DNA of 64,000 bases from an uncultured bacterium. Its GTDB lineage: Bacteria; JAGOEH01. Positions 1 through 9,418 of this stretch are shown here, in pieces; position 1 is the stretch's first letter; each line of letters starts with the position of its first letter. The stretch lies in the NCBI GenBank assembly GCA_964632485.1, contig CAZWDO010000004.1, positions 1 through 64,000 on the forward strand, written 5' to 3'. The notes under the pieces were generated by a model that saw only the letters and a list, made by a program, of their open reading frames with translations, searched no databases and was not told the DNA's origin. Made by a program: the position numbers and the translations under genes.

Positions 1-339
1 GCTAACTTTTATAATCCCAATGGATTATCGATTCAATGAGCTTGGAATATCCGTTGTAAATAAATATTTTATTTTGATTTCGTTAGAATAACAATTATAT
101 TATCTATATGAAACAGAACTACTGGGTGTTGATTGTATATCATCCATCCAACACATGGGCATCTGCCACAAAGAGTGTTGAGTTTCATTTTTCGCGGATC
201 AAAAGAAATAGAATCAATCCCAATATCAATATTAAAGGAGGCGCGCGGACAATTTTATAATCGGTAGATTTATTGAGCAAAAACTGTAACGGTTAGTGGG
301 TTTATCCCACGGTGATTTCACCCACCTGTAAAATTAGAA

Positions 340-2500
340 ATGAGGAAAGTTATGCGGTTCCTACATCGTTTGATCCCAGTCATAATCTTTATTCTGTTCG
401 TTGTCTTTTCAGTGAATGCCCAGGAATCAATGGAATTGGATGCGCTTTTGAATATGTCATTAGAGGATTTATTAAACATGAAAATCACGACCGCATCGAA
501 TACCGGCGAAAAACTATCCAAAGCGCCCGCCACCATCATGGTGATCACCGAGCAGGATATTCAGAAACGTGGGTACACGGAAATTTACGATGTTTTGAAT
601 GATTTACCGGGATTTGATTTATCCCGCGCCTTAGGGGATGAGGAATATTATCTTTATGCCCGTGGCTATCGTAAGACCATTGGCGACCAAATACTGTTTA
701 TGGTGGACGGTATGGTGATGAATTTTCTGTATTCGAACAATATGAACGCGTTCGCCCAATACCCGCTTTACAATATTAAGCAGATTGAAATTGTTTACGG
801 GCCGGCTTCCGCGGTTTATGGCCCCAATGCCTTCGGCGGCGTGATCAACTATCATCACTAAAAAAGAAGATAAACGCACGGTCATGCTCTCCACTGGCGA
901 AAACAACACCAATATAGTGGACATGAATTTGAATGCAAAAGCCAATGAAGTGACTCTTACTTTTACCGGAAGGCTTTTGAGCAGTGATGGATACAATTTT
1001 GCCGATCGAAATCCTTCAATTGCTGGTAATCTTTATACTGATCCCTCAAAATGGGGTCCATTTATCAACACCGAATTCGCGGGTTACGGTTCCAAACGTT
1101 TTGATTATTACTTACAGGGCGACTTGTCTTATAAAGGTCTGACCCTGGGAATGATCCATTGGTTTTATGAATCGGGGTATAGCAGCGAGTGGGCCGCAAC
1201 CAAGGCATTGAACAAAGCGATCTGGCAATTCCAGGAGGAATGCTTCTATTCCCGCTATGAAAAGGATATCGCTTCTAATCTCAATTCAAAAACATTATTT
1301 AAATTCAGAGTCAGTTCGGCGCCACCCACGGCTTCCTTTATCGAACGCTATGCCGGAGGAGTTGATTTCAGCTATTGGCCGGTGATCAATCGTTCGGTAT
1401 CGTTGTTTCAGGATTTTTCTTATACAATCAATGAGCGGTTATTTGTAAACTTCGGCGCCAAATATGAGCACAAACTTCTTCAAAAAGCGTATCCGGTAAC
1501 GTAAGGCCCGTTCATCAAAGAAGATTCATTGGTTGTCTATCCGACCTTCAATATCAACATTCCGACCATTGGATTTGACCAGAACAATCATTATCTGTCA
1601 GAAGACAGGGGTATTTATACACAGATGAAGTACTCACCAGCGCAGAAACTGGATTTGATTGTGGGATTACGCTTCGATTACAACAACATCTATAAAGAGA
1701 TCATCAGTCCGCGTGTGGGGATCGTATATGAACCGATACAGAATCTGATCACTAAGGCATTTTTCGGCACTGCGTTTCTGGAACCGACCGCCCGCAGCCT
1801 GTATGGGGGCTGGAGCGGCGCCTTGTCCAATCCAAAACTAGATCCGGAAAAAATGAAAACGTTTGAAATGTCCGTCGCCTATACCTCAGGGAATAGTTCC
1901 AATGGAATCGATTTCTATTATAACCAGGGAACCGATGCGATCGGAAAAGTCAATAACATTGCCACTAATATTGGCAAACGCCGTATGATTGGATGCGAAT
2001 TCTATTCGAAATGGCTGTTCAACGACATTACGCCCTGGATGACCCGCTTTAAAGCGGACGCTTATCTTTCCTATCTGAAATCGGATGAGGATTTGACCAA
2101 ATCGGGAACTTATGCAGAGACCGGCAATATGGCACCGATTAAACTGCATCTGATTTTAACGGGATATTTCTTCAAGGATCTCTCACTCAGCCTCCAAAAC
2201 CGCTATGTTGATAAAATAAAAACCGTAGCTTCTAATCCAGTAGGGGAAATCGATGCATGGATGACCAGCGATCTGTTTTTAAATTATCGCAATCTGGGTT
2301 TTGAAGGATTGTCTTTGGGAATCAAAATCTATAATATCCTGGATAAAAAGTATGATCACCCCGGCTATCAAGACGCTTCGGCGGGAATCGCCACCGATGC
2401 CCAGGGCAATTTTATTGACGACCCGGCTGGAGGCTGGTACTCATCGCTCTTGCCGCAACCGTGCCGGGAAGTGCGCGCCATACTGAAACTCGAATTTTAA
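340..2500 (+). pseudogene. TonB-dependent outer membrane receptor disrupted by a 1-nt insertion (~849/850) and an in-frame TAA (1502-1504)
   Basis: ORFs 340-861, 884-1504 and 1529-2500 join into one receptor: signal peptide, plug (IEIVYGPASAVYGPNAFGGVIN), barrel motifs (ISPRVG, LDPEK, IYNILDKKY) and terminal Phe. Removing one base from AACT at 847-850 restores GGVINIITKK. The last two ORFs are in the same frame, separated by TAA plus 8 open codons. Could be sequence error. Confidence 0.85.
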
Positions 2501-2506
2501 TAAAAC

Positions 2507-2992
2507 CTAAATAGCGCCTTCTGATGCCAGGCGGTGGGAATGACAGATAGCCACCGCCACGGCATCAGTCATATCGGGCAGGGCCGTTTCGGAAAGATAG
2601 GGAAAAAAATGGCGCGCCATATAAGCCACCTGCTCCTTGGATGCGTTGCCATTTCCGGTAAGCGCTTTTTTCACCTCGCGCGGCGAATACTCATATACCC
2701 CCATTTTGGCTAATGCCGCTGCCAGAATCACCACTCCCCGAACTTGTCCTAACTTAAACGCCACCTGAATATTCAACTTCACAAAAATATCTTCCAAGGC
2801 TAAATGCGCCGGCTGGTATTGCCCAATCAAAAAATTCAAATGTTCCCATATCAGACACATCCGTTCATGCATAGAATCACTCGCCTTGAGCTTAAGCACA
2901 TCACCCACTAACAGGGTCAGTCGCTGCGGAGTCACATCTAAAACAGCATAGCCCAGATTGCGGGTTCCGGGATCAACTCCCAGAATCAACAT
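2507..2992 (-). CDS. ruvC: Holliday junction resolvase RuvC
   Basis: ILGVDPG, LALEDIF, YSPREVKK..GNGNASKEQV and D..DAVAVAICH motifs. Confidence 0.97.
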   Translation of the reverse strand: MLILGVDPGTRNLGYAVLDVTPQRLTLLVGDVLKLKASDSMHERMCLIWEHLNFLIGQYQPAHLALEDIFVKLNIQVAFKLGQVRGVVILAAALAKMGVYEYSPREVKKALTGNGNASKEQVAYMARHFFPYLSETALPDMTDAVAVAICHSHRLASEGAI

Positions 2993-3392
2993 GAACGATA
3001 CTATCTTCCCGCAGATTGAGAGAATCCTTGAAAAAGGGCAATTCTTCCAAAGGTTTACCTAAATGCTCTTTTTGAAATTTTGCGGATTCAACCAGCTCAT
3101 GATTGGGATAAATTTCTATAAAACGGGCATATTCCTGCTCCGCGGCGGCATAGTCCTTCAAATTTTCGGACAGAATAAACGCGATGAGAAATTGGGCCTG
3201 CGCCGTTTTGTCAGATTTGGGGAACCCGTCGATCACTTGCTTATAAAGTTCTATTGCCTCGTTAAATTTTTGCTGACCTGCCATTTGCTGCGCTTCATCA
3301 AAAATTTGCTCAATTTTTTTCTTCTGGCCGCCGCAATAAATTAATAAAAAGGCTGAGATTATTACCATTAGAACTAATACAGTTTTTTTCAT
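2973..3392 (-). CDS. Small TPR lipoprotein (BamD/CpoB-like)
   Basis: Signal peptide with Cys (LIYC-GG), TPR-like helices (VIDGFPKSDKTAQAQF; FIEIYPNHELVESA), GGAGG SD. Confidence 0.8.
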   Translation of the reverse strand: MKKTVLVLMVIISAFLLIYCGGQKKKIEQIFDEAQQMAGQQKFNEAIELYKQVIDGFPKSDKTAQAQFLIAFILSENLKDYAAAEQEYARFIEIYPNHELVESAKFQKEHLGKPLEELPFFKDSLNLREDSIVHVDSGS

Positions 3393-3511
3393 TTGTTTCC
3401 TCCCGTAATAATTGAATGTTCCGGCATTTTAATCATAAGGTCAATTAAACCATTTCAAATCGGTAAAGTTCCAATAATCTTCCGTGATCAAACCTTCAAT
3501 AAAAAAAACTA

Positions 3512-3540
3512 TTGACAATTGAACGTTTTTTTTTTAATAT
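3512..3540 (+). promoter_or_regulatory. sigma70-type promoter upstream of the rlpA operon
   Basis: TTGACA-17 bp-TAATAT. Confidence 0.6.
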
Positions 3541-3784
3541 CGATTAACCGGACATTAAGTTAACCGGATTCCCTTAAAACGGCGGAGTCTTAAAAGAGCG
3601 TGAATTTAACCTGAAATTTTCTCTGCCCTGATCCGCATAGGCCCAGAAATAAAATTCTTTGCGAATCGGGAACGAATCGACGGGAAAACCGGAATTGAAT
3701 GCTTAAATTACCGATTCAGTGGATATTGACGCGCTGAATGACAAAATAAATACGCGGACATTTAACCTTGTAAAGGGAGGATGA

Positions 3785-4468
3785 ATGAATAAAATTCTAA
3801 TAACAGCTTCGACATGTCTCGTTTTATGTATCTCTTTTGCTTTGGCCTATCCGGTGCAGGAGGGTGTTGCCAGCTATTACGGGAAAGATTTTCACGGAAA
3901 ACGCACCGCCAGTGGCGAAATTTACAATATGTATGATTTGACGGCCGCGCACAAGACCCTGCCATTGGGAACGCTGGTAGAAGTAACCAACCTGGACACC
4001 CGGAAACGGATCGTGGTTCGAATCAATGACAGAGGGCCTTTTTCCAAGGAGCGAATTATTGATCTATCCTACAGCGCCGCGCAAAAGATCGATATGGTCC
4101 AAAAAGGGACGGCTCGGGTGCAATTAAAACCGTTATCCACCGATTGGCTGATGAGTTCGATCGCGAAAACCGATTCCAGCGCCCAGAAGATAACCCCTCC
4201 TCCGGTTATACCCGCAGAGGATTCGATTGCTAAAGTATTTACAATCCAGTTAGGCGCATTCCAAAATCCAGCCGCCGCCCATGAGTTTTACCAAGCTACC
4301 CAGTCGTTGCTAAAAAATGTGTTTATCAACGGGCCTATCGGAACCAAACGCCTCTATAAAATCCAAAGCGGGTCGTTTTTTGGTTATGAAGAAGCGAAGG
4401 CCTATTTGAAAATCATCCACAATTTTGGCTACGACGAAGCTTTTGTCGCCACAATGGCGGGTGATTGA
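3785..4468 (+). CDS. rlpA: Septal ring lytic transglycosylase RlpA family protein with C-terminal SPOR domain
   Basis: ASYYG..FHG..TASGE, TAAHKTLP, RINDRGPF, IIDLS; SPOR-like IQLGAF; GGGAGG SD. Confidence 0.95.
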   Translation: MNKILITASTCLVLCISFALAYPVQEGVASYYGKDFHGKRTASGEIYNMYDLTAAHKTLPLGTLVEVTNLDTRKRIVVRINDRGPFSKERIIDLSYSAAQKIDMVQKGTARVQLKPLSTDWLMSSIAKTDSSAQKITPPPVIPAEDSIAKVFTIQLGAFQNPAAAHEFYQATQSLLKNVFINGPIGTKRLYKIQSGSFFGYEEAKAYLKIIHNFGYDEAFVATMAGD

Positions 4469-5085
4469 TGGCATTGTTCCTTCTGCGCCATGGCGCCACC
4501 CTGGTCAATCAGCAGCAACTATTTCAGGGACAACTGGATACGGCTCTCAGTGAAGAAGGAATGCGGCAGACGCAACGTTTAGCGTTATATTTGAGGGAAA
4601 TGCCGATCCGCTTTATATTGAGCAGTCCCTTGCAGAGAGCCGCCCAAATGGCAGAAATAATCGGGACAACGCGCGCCAATCCGATACCCCCCATTTTTCA
4701 AAATGAACTAAAAGAGCGCGATGTCGGACGATTAGCGGGACTCTCCAAACAACATATCCAGGAACAGTTCCCGGAACTGGAATTCGAAAAAGGACAATAC
4801 TCGCTTGATTTTCGATTTCCCGGCGGCGAAAGCAATGCCGATTTTTTCCAACGCTGTCAAATCGCATTTTCTATTATTCGCCATTACTGGAAACAACTAA
4901 AAACCGGCGAGCATATCTGCGCGGTCAGTCATGGCGGCACTATCAATGCGTTGATAACCATTGCCTTAGGATTTCCGTATGATGGCTACACTTCGTTTAA
5001 AATCGACACCGCCGCCTTCGCGATTCTGGAATTCCGCTTCAACCGTTACTATCTGCAAGCCTTTAATTGCGCGGTAACCCTATGA
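4468..5085 (+). CDS. Histidine phosphatase family protein (GpmB/CobC-like)
   Basis: LRHG, SSPLQRA, GGES and VSHGG motifs; TGATG coupling to rlpA. Confidence 0.9.
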   Translation: MALFLLRHGATLVNQQQLFQGQLDTALSEEGMRQTQRLALYLREMPIRFILSSPLQRAAQMAEIIGTTRANPIPPIFQNELKERDVGRLAGLSKQHIQEQFPELEFEKGQYSLDFRFPGGESNADFFQRCQIAFSIIRHYWKQLKTGEHICAVSHGGTINALITIALGFPYDGYTSFKIDTAAFAILEFRFNRYYLQAFNCAVTL

Positions 5086-6173
5086 GCTTTCTCCCCTTTA
5101 TCTTCACCCTCATTTATGGTTTCCTGCCGATATTGATCTATATCATCGTCGAAGCAATCTGGGGGATGGCGACAGGACTGATCGTAGCGATCCTATTCGC
5201 GCTGGCGGAATTGCTGTTCACCCGTTGGAACGAAGGGAAATGGGAAAAATTCATCCTTTTTGATGTCGCTTTACTGACTGTGTTCGGACTTTTATCGCTG
5301 GGATTTGACAATCCGATATTTTTCAAATTGAAACCTGCTATTTTTCAAGTGATTATCATCGCGCTGGTAGCGGTGACCCTCTTTACCCGCCAGCCCATTT
5401 TGTTGCAAATGGGGCAACGGTATTTCCGTCAGATAAAATTCGATGAATCGATGATAAATCGATTTAAAAAAATATTGGTTCCTTTTTTTTGGCTATTAAT
5501 TGGCCATACACTGTTAATTGTTTATGCAGCTTTCTATTTGTCCCAGGCATGGTGGGCGTTCATTTCCGGGGCGTTGCTCTATATCATGCTGGGTGGAGCG
5601 GCGTTGATCCCATTAGGAAAGGTATTTTGGCAGCGATATCGCCTCCGTCATGACGAATGGTTCGATCTGGTGGACGAACAGGGCCGCATTATCGGCCACG
5701 CTCCGCGTTCCCTTTGCCACGGCAATCCCGGCTTACTACATGCCGTGGTTCATCTCCATGCGCTCGACTCGGAGGGCCGTCTTTTCCTGCAATTGCGGAG
5801 TTCGGACAAAGATGTCCAACCCGGCAAATGGGATACATCAGTCGGCGGCCATATTCACCGCGGGGAAACCGTCAAAACGGCCTTGAAGCGCGAAGCCGAG
5901 GAAGAATTGGGACTGACCCGTTTCGCCATTATTCCTCTGGCGCGCTATGTGATGCGCAACGATTACGAAAGTGAACTGGTTTGGGTTTTTCGCACCGTCA
6001 CACAGGAAGAACCGACGATTAATCCCGAGGAGATCGCCGATGGACGGTTTTGGGAACTATCAGAAATCGAGGCCCGGCTTGATGAAGGGATTTTCACTCC
6101 CAATTTTGTGATGGAATACCGATTTTTAAAGCAGAACAATCTACTGCCGAGCCCTGTTCCAAAGGAATCATAA
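5082..6173 (+). CDS. YciB/IspZ-like membrane domain fused to a NUDIX hydrolase (Idi/YfcD-like)
   Basis: About 6 TM helices with FFKLKPAI; C-terminal PGKWDTSVGGH...ALKREAEEELG Nudix box; ATGA overlap with the upstream gene. Confidence 0.85.
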   Translation: MSFLPFIFTLIYGFLPILIYIIVEAIWGMATGLIVAILFALAELLFTRWNEGKWEKFILFDVALLTVFGLLSLGFDNPIFFKLKPAIFQVIIIALVAVTLFTRQPILLQMGQRYFRQIKFDESMINRFKKILVPFFWLLIGHTLLIVYAAFYLSQAWWAFISGALLYIMLGGAALIPLGKVFWQRYRLRHDEWFDLVDEQGRIIGHAPRSLCHGNPGLLHAVVHLHALDSEGRLFLQLRSSDKDVQPGKWDTSVGGHIHRGETVKTALKREAEEELGLTRFAIIPLARYVMRNDYESELVWVFRTVTQEEPTINPEEIADGRFWELSEIEARLDEGIFTPNFVMEYRFLKQNNLLPSPVPKES

Positions 6174-6176
6174 GGC

Positions 6177-7460
6177 ATGTTCCACGCGATTGCCCTGGTT
6201 GATTGCAATAATTTTTACGCATCCTGCGAACGGGTGTTCCGTCCTGACCTGCAAAACGTTCCCCTTGTGGTTTTATCCAACAATGACGGCTGCATCATCG
6301 CCCGTTCGGCAGAGGCAAAAGCCCTGGGAATACCCATGGGAGGAGCGCTCTTCAAGTGCCAGGAACTGCTTAAGCGGAACCGCGTGGCGGTACTATCCTC
6401 CAATTATGCGCTTTATGGCGACATGTCGCAACGAGTGATGGCCACTCTGGAACAATTTACTCCCGAAATCGAAGTTTATTCCATCGATGAGGCATTCCTG
6501 GAATTGCAGGCAAAAGATAACGACCATTTGCTTGAGTTGGGCCGGCAGATCCGGCAACGAGTTCGCCAGTGGACGGGAATCCCGGTATCGGTCGGAATAG
6601 CGCCCACTAAGACCTTAGCGAAAATCGCCAATCATATTGCCAAAAAAAATGCGCAGTTTGAAGGCGTTAAAATACTCATGGAATCCGAGGATACTCATCA
6701 TTGGCTGCGCCAGGTGGAGGTTGAGGATATCTGGGGCGTAGGTCGGCAACATGCTAAAATGCTGAAAACCCATGGTTATTTTACGGCCTTTCACCTGAAA
6801 AATGCCTCGCTTCCCTGGGTAGAGAAAAAAATGACGGTCGTGGGCGCGCGCTTAGTTAAAGAATTGCGGGGAGAACCCTGCATCACGCTCGAAGTCTCCC
6901 CCGGCTCCAAAAAAGCGATTGCCTGCGCTCGTTCATTCGGAAGGCCCGTCACGCGACTGGAAGACCTCCGCGAGGCAGTGGCGGAATACACGACCCGGGC
7001 CGCTGAAAAATTGCGCGCCCAAGGCAGTGTGGCGTCCATCATCCAGATATTCGTTACCACCAACCGCTTCAAAACCGATAGTTACTATGCCCAATCCACG
7101 ATCATGAACCTCCATCAGCCCACCGCATTCACTCCGGAATTACTGAACGCCGCATTCAACGCTCTGGAAAAAATATTTCGCGACGGCCACATATACCAGA
7201 AAGTCGGCGTAACCCTTTTCGGCCTGATGAATGAAAAGGATATTGAGCCGGAACTGTTCGGCAATACCTATATTCAGGATTCCAGGAAAGAATTGATGGT
7301 TGCCATGGACCAGATCAACAGCCGTTACGGGAAGCGGACTATCCAATTGGCGGCGGCCGGACTCGATCAGACATGGAAAATGCGACAAGCCCGACGCAGT
7401 CCGCTCTATACAACGCGTTGGAGCGATATACTGACGGTATATACGGATAAAATTTATTGA
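6177..7460 (+). CDS. umuC: Y-family DNA polymerase, UmuC type (with DUF4113-like tail)
   Basis: [42 protein letters not shown]; tail [18 protein letters not shown]. Confidence 0.95.
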   Translation: MFHAIALVDCNNFYASCERVFRPDLQNVPLVVLSNNDGCIIARSAEAKALGIPMGGALFKCQELLKRNRVAVLSSNYALYGDMSQRVMATLEQFTPEIEVYSIDEAFLELQAKDNDHLLELGRQIRQRVRQWTGIPVSVGIAPTKTLAKIANHIAKKNAQFEGVKILMESEDTHHWLRQVEVEDIWGVGRQHAKMLKTHGYFTAFHLKNASLPWVEKKMTVVGARLVKELRGEPCITLEVSPGSKKAIACARSFGRPVTRLEDLREAVAEYTTRAAEKLRAQGSVASIIQIFVTTNRFKTDSYYAQSTIMNLHQPTAFTPELLNAAFNALEKIFRDGHIYQKVGVTLFGLMNEKDIEPELFGNTYIQDSRKELMVAMDQINSRYGKRTIQLAAAGLDQTWKMRQARRSPLYTTRWSDILTVYTDKIY

Positions 7461-7993
7461 ACTTATTATCCTGCCGATAAATCCAATAATGTCCCACTCA
7501 CCCGTCAGGCTGATGTCAGCTTCAATACCTCAGCCGCAACAAACGGCTTGCTGAATATTCACTCATGGAGAACGACGGCCACTCCTTGAGATAGTTTTGC
7601 CCGATCTCTATTTTTTTAATAAGGATTCGTTTCACGCCTGACTTGAACAGGAATTTCAGCATAAAGAGTTGTAGATACCAGTTATCCCATTAAACGCTAT
7701 TGTACCACCTCCGCCCAGCAGAGCCCCCGGAACTGCATTGGCGAGCCGATCAAAGTCAGGGGGTTTCCGCGCGAAATACCCATCGGAGATCGTCGCCAGC
7801 GGACTATGATAGATATAGCCGGCATAGCTCTTGCCCGGAATAATATTATAAGCGGCCGTGCGAATATTATTGTACAGACATTTGCTCAACCTTGAAAAGG
7901 TACTTTAGCGAAAAGTCCATGTTTTCCTCGATTGTCAAGCGGGAAATGAAGCCGTTCACCGTTTTCGCAATGGATTTTCGTTGAGATAACCCC

Positions 7994-9418
7994 TCACTCC
8001 ATCAGGTAGCGGTCGATTGCGGCGGCGGCGCGGCGGCCCTGGTCGATCGCGCGGACGATCAACGAGGCGCCGGAAACGGCATCGCCAGCGGCGAAAAATC
8101 CTTCTTTCGAGGTCTTAAAGTCCCTATCGACTACGATATTACCCTGGGTATCCAACTCTATTCCGGTATCATTTACGATGGCCCCGTGTTCGGCATGGGC
8201 AAATCCCATGGCGAGCAGAACTAAATCCGCTTTTTTCTCGAAGCGGCTATTACTGATTTCACTGCATTGAAATTTACCGCCATTTGGCGCTTCATTCCAG
8301 TTAAGTTTAGCGCAAACCACGGACTCGACATGGTGAACCCCGCAAAATTCCTTGATTTGAACGCTCCACAGGCGCTCGCATCCTTCTTCATGGGAGGACC
8401 CGCTGCGCAGAATTCGCGGCCATTCCGGCCAGGGATTACGCAACTCCCGTTCCTCACCGGGTTTAGGCAGTATTTCGATTTGGGAAACGGAGACCGCGCC
8501 CTGCCGTCGGGCAGTACCCACGCAATCCGCTCCGGTATCGCCGCCCCCTATCACAACAACCTGTTTCCCGCCGGCGGTAATGCGTTCGCTCTCGGGAATC
8601 CCGTCACCCGCATTCAGCCGGTTTTGCTGGATCAGATAATCCATGGCATAATGGATTCCCCGGAGATCGCGGCCAGGGATATCCAGATCACGGGGTTTGG
8701 TGGATCCAGCGGTGATTAATATAGCATTAAAAGTCCGCTGGAGGTACCGGGCTGAAATATCCCTGCCCATATCGACATTCACTTCAAAATTCACTCCCTC
8801 GGCTTCCAATTGAGCCAATCGGCGATCAATCACCCATTTTTCCAGTTTAAAATCAGGAATACCGTAGCGCAGGATACCTCCGATGCGGTCGGCGCGTTCG
8901 AACACCGTCACCTGGTGCCCTTTGCGGGCAAGTTCCTGCGCCGCTGCCAGACCGGCGGACCCGGAACCGATAATCGCCGCTTTTTTCCCGGTTTTATACG
9001 ACGCGATTTCTGGAACAATCCATCCTTCCCGCCATCCTTTTTCCGCGATACGCAGTTCAATCTGACGGATTGACACGGCATGATCACTGATTGCCAATGC
9101 GCAGGCCGCTTCACAGGGCGCCGGGCAAATCCGTCCGGTAATCTCCGGAAAATTGTTGCTGGCGTGTAAAAACACCAACGCCTTACGCCATTGGTTCCGG
9201 TACACCATATCCTGCCAGTCGGGGATCAAATTGCGCAACGGGCAACCATAAGCATGGCAAAACGGAATACCGCAATCCATACACCGCGCGGCCTGCTGCT
9301 CTATCTGTTCTACCGGTAAAGGCATTTCAATTTCTCTGAAATCTGTTACACGCTCATCAACCGGGCGTTTTTTAACGTCTTGACGTTTATATTCCAGAAA
9401 TCCAGTGGGTTTAGCCAT
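7994..9418 (-). CDS. gltD: Glutamate synthase small subunit
   Basis: MAKPTGF start, RCMDCGIPFC, GRICPAPCE, IGGGDTGADC, FAAGD; overlaps the gltB stop. Confidence 0.97.
   Translation of the reverse strand: MAKPTGFLEYKRQDVKKRPVDERVTDFREIEMPLPVEQIEQQAARCMDCGIPFCHAYGCPLRNLIPDWQDMVYRNQWRKALVFLHASNNFPEITGRICPAPCEAACALAISDHAVSIRQIELRIAEKGWREGWIVPEIASYKTGKKAAIIGSGSAGLAAAQELARKGHQVTVFERADRIGGILRYGIPDFKLEKWVIDRRLAQLEAEGVNFEVNVDMGRDISARYLQRTFNAILITAGSTKPRDLDIPGRDLRGIHYAMDYLIQQNRLNAGDGIPESERITAGGKQVVVIGGGDTGADCVGTARRQGAVSVSQIEILPKPGEERELRNPWPEWPRILRSGSSHEEGCERLWSVQIKEFCGVHHVESVVCAKLNWNEAPNGGKFQCSEISNSRFEKKADLVLLAMGFAHAEHGAIVNDTGIELDTQGNIVVDRDFKTSKEGFFAAGDAVSGASLIVRAIDQGRRAAAAIDRYLME

Noticed and set aside
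845-870. Programmed frameshift at the A-run after CAC TAA
   Set aside because: The conserved INIITK motif is restored only if the shift occurs at about 849-850, upstream of the A-run.
1502-1504. Stop-codon reassignment or readthrough at the in-frame TAA
   Set aside because: TAA ends many intact genes in this window, and the same gene also has a frameshift, so mutation or sequence error is simpler.
3541-3784. c-di-AMP or c-di-GMP riboswitch before rlpA
   Set aside because: The conserved cores were not found by eye.
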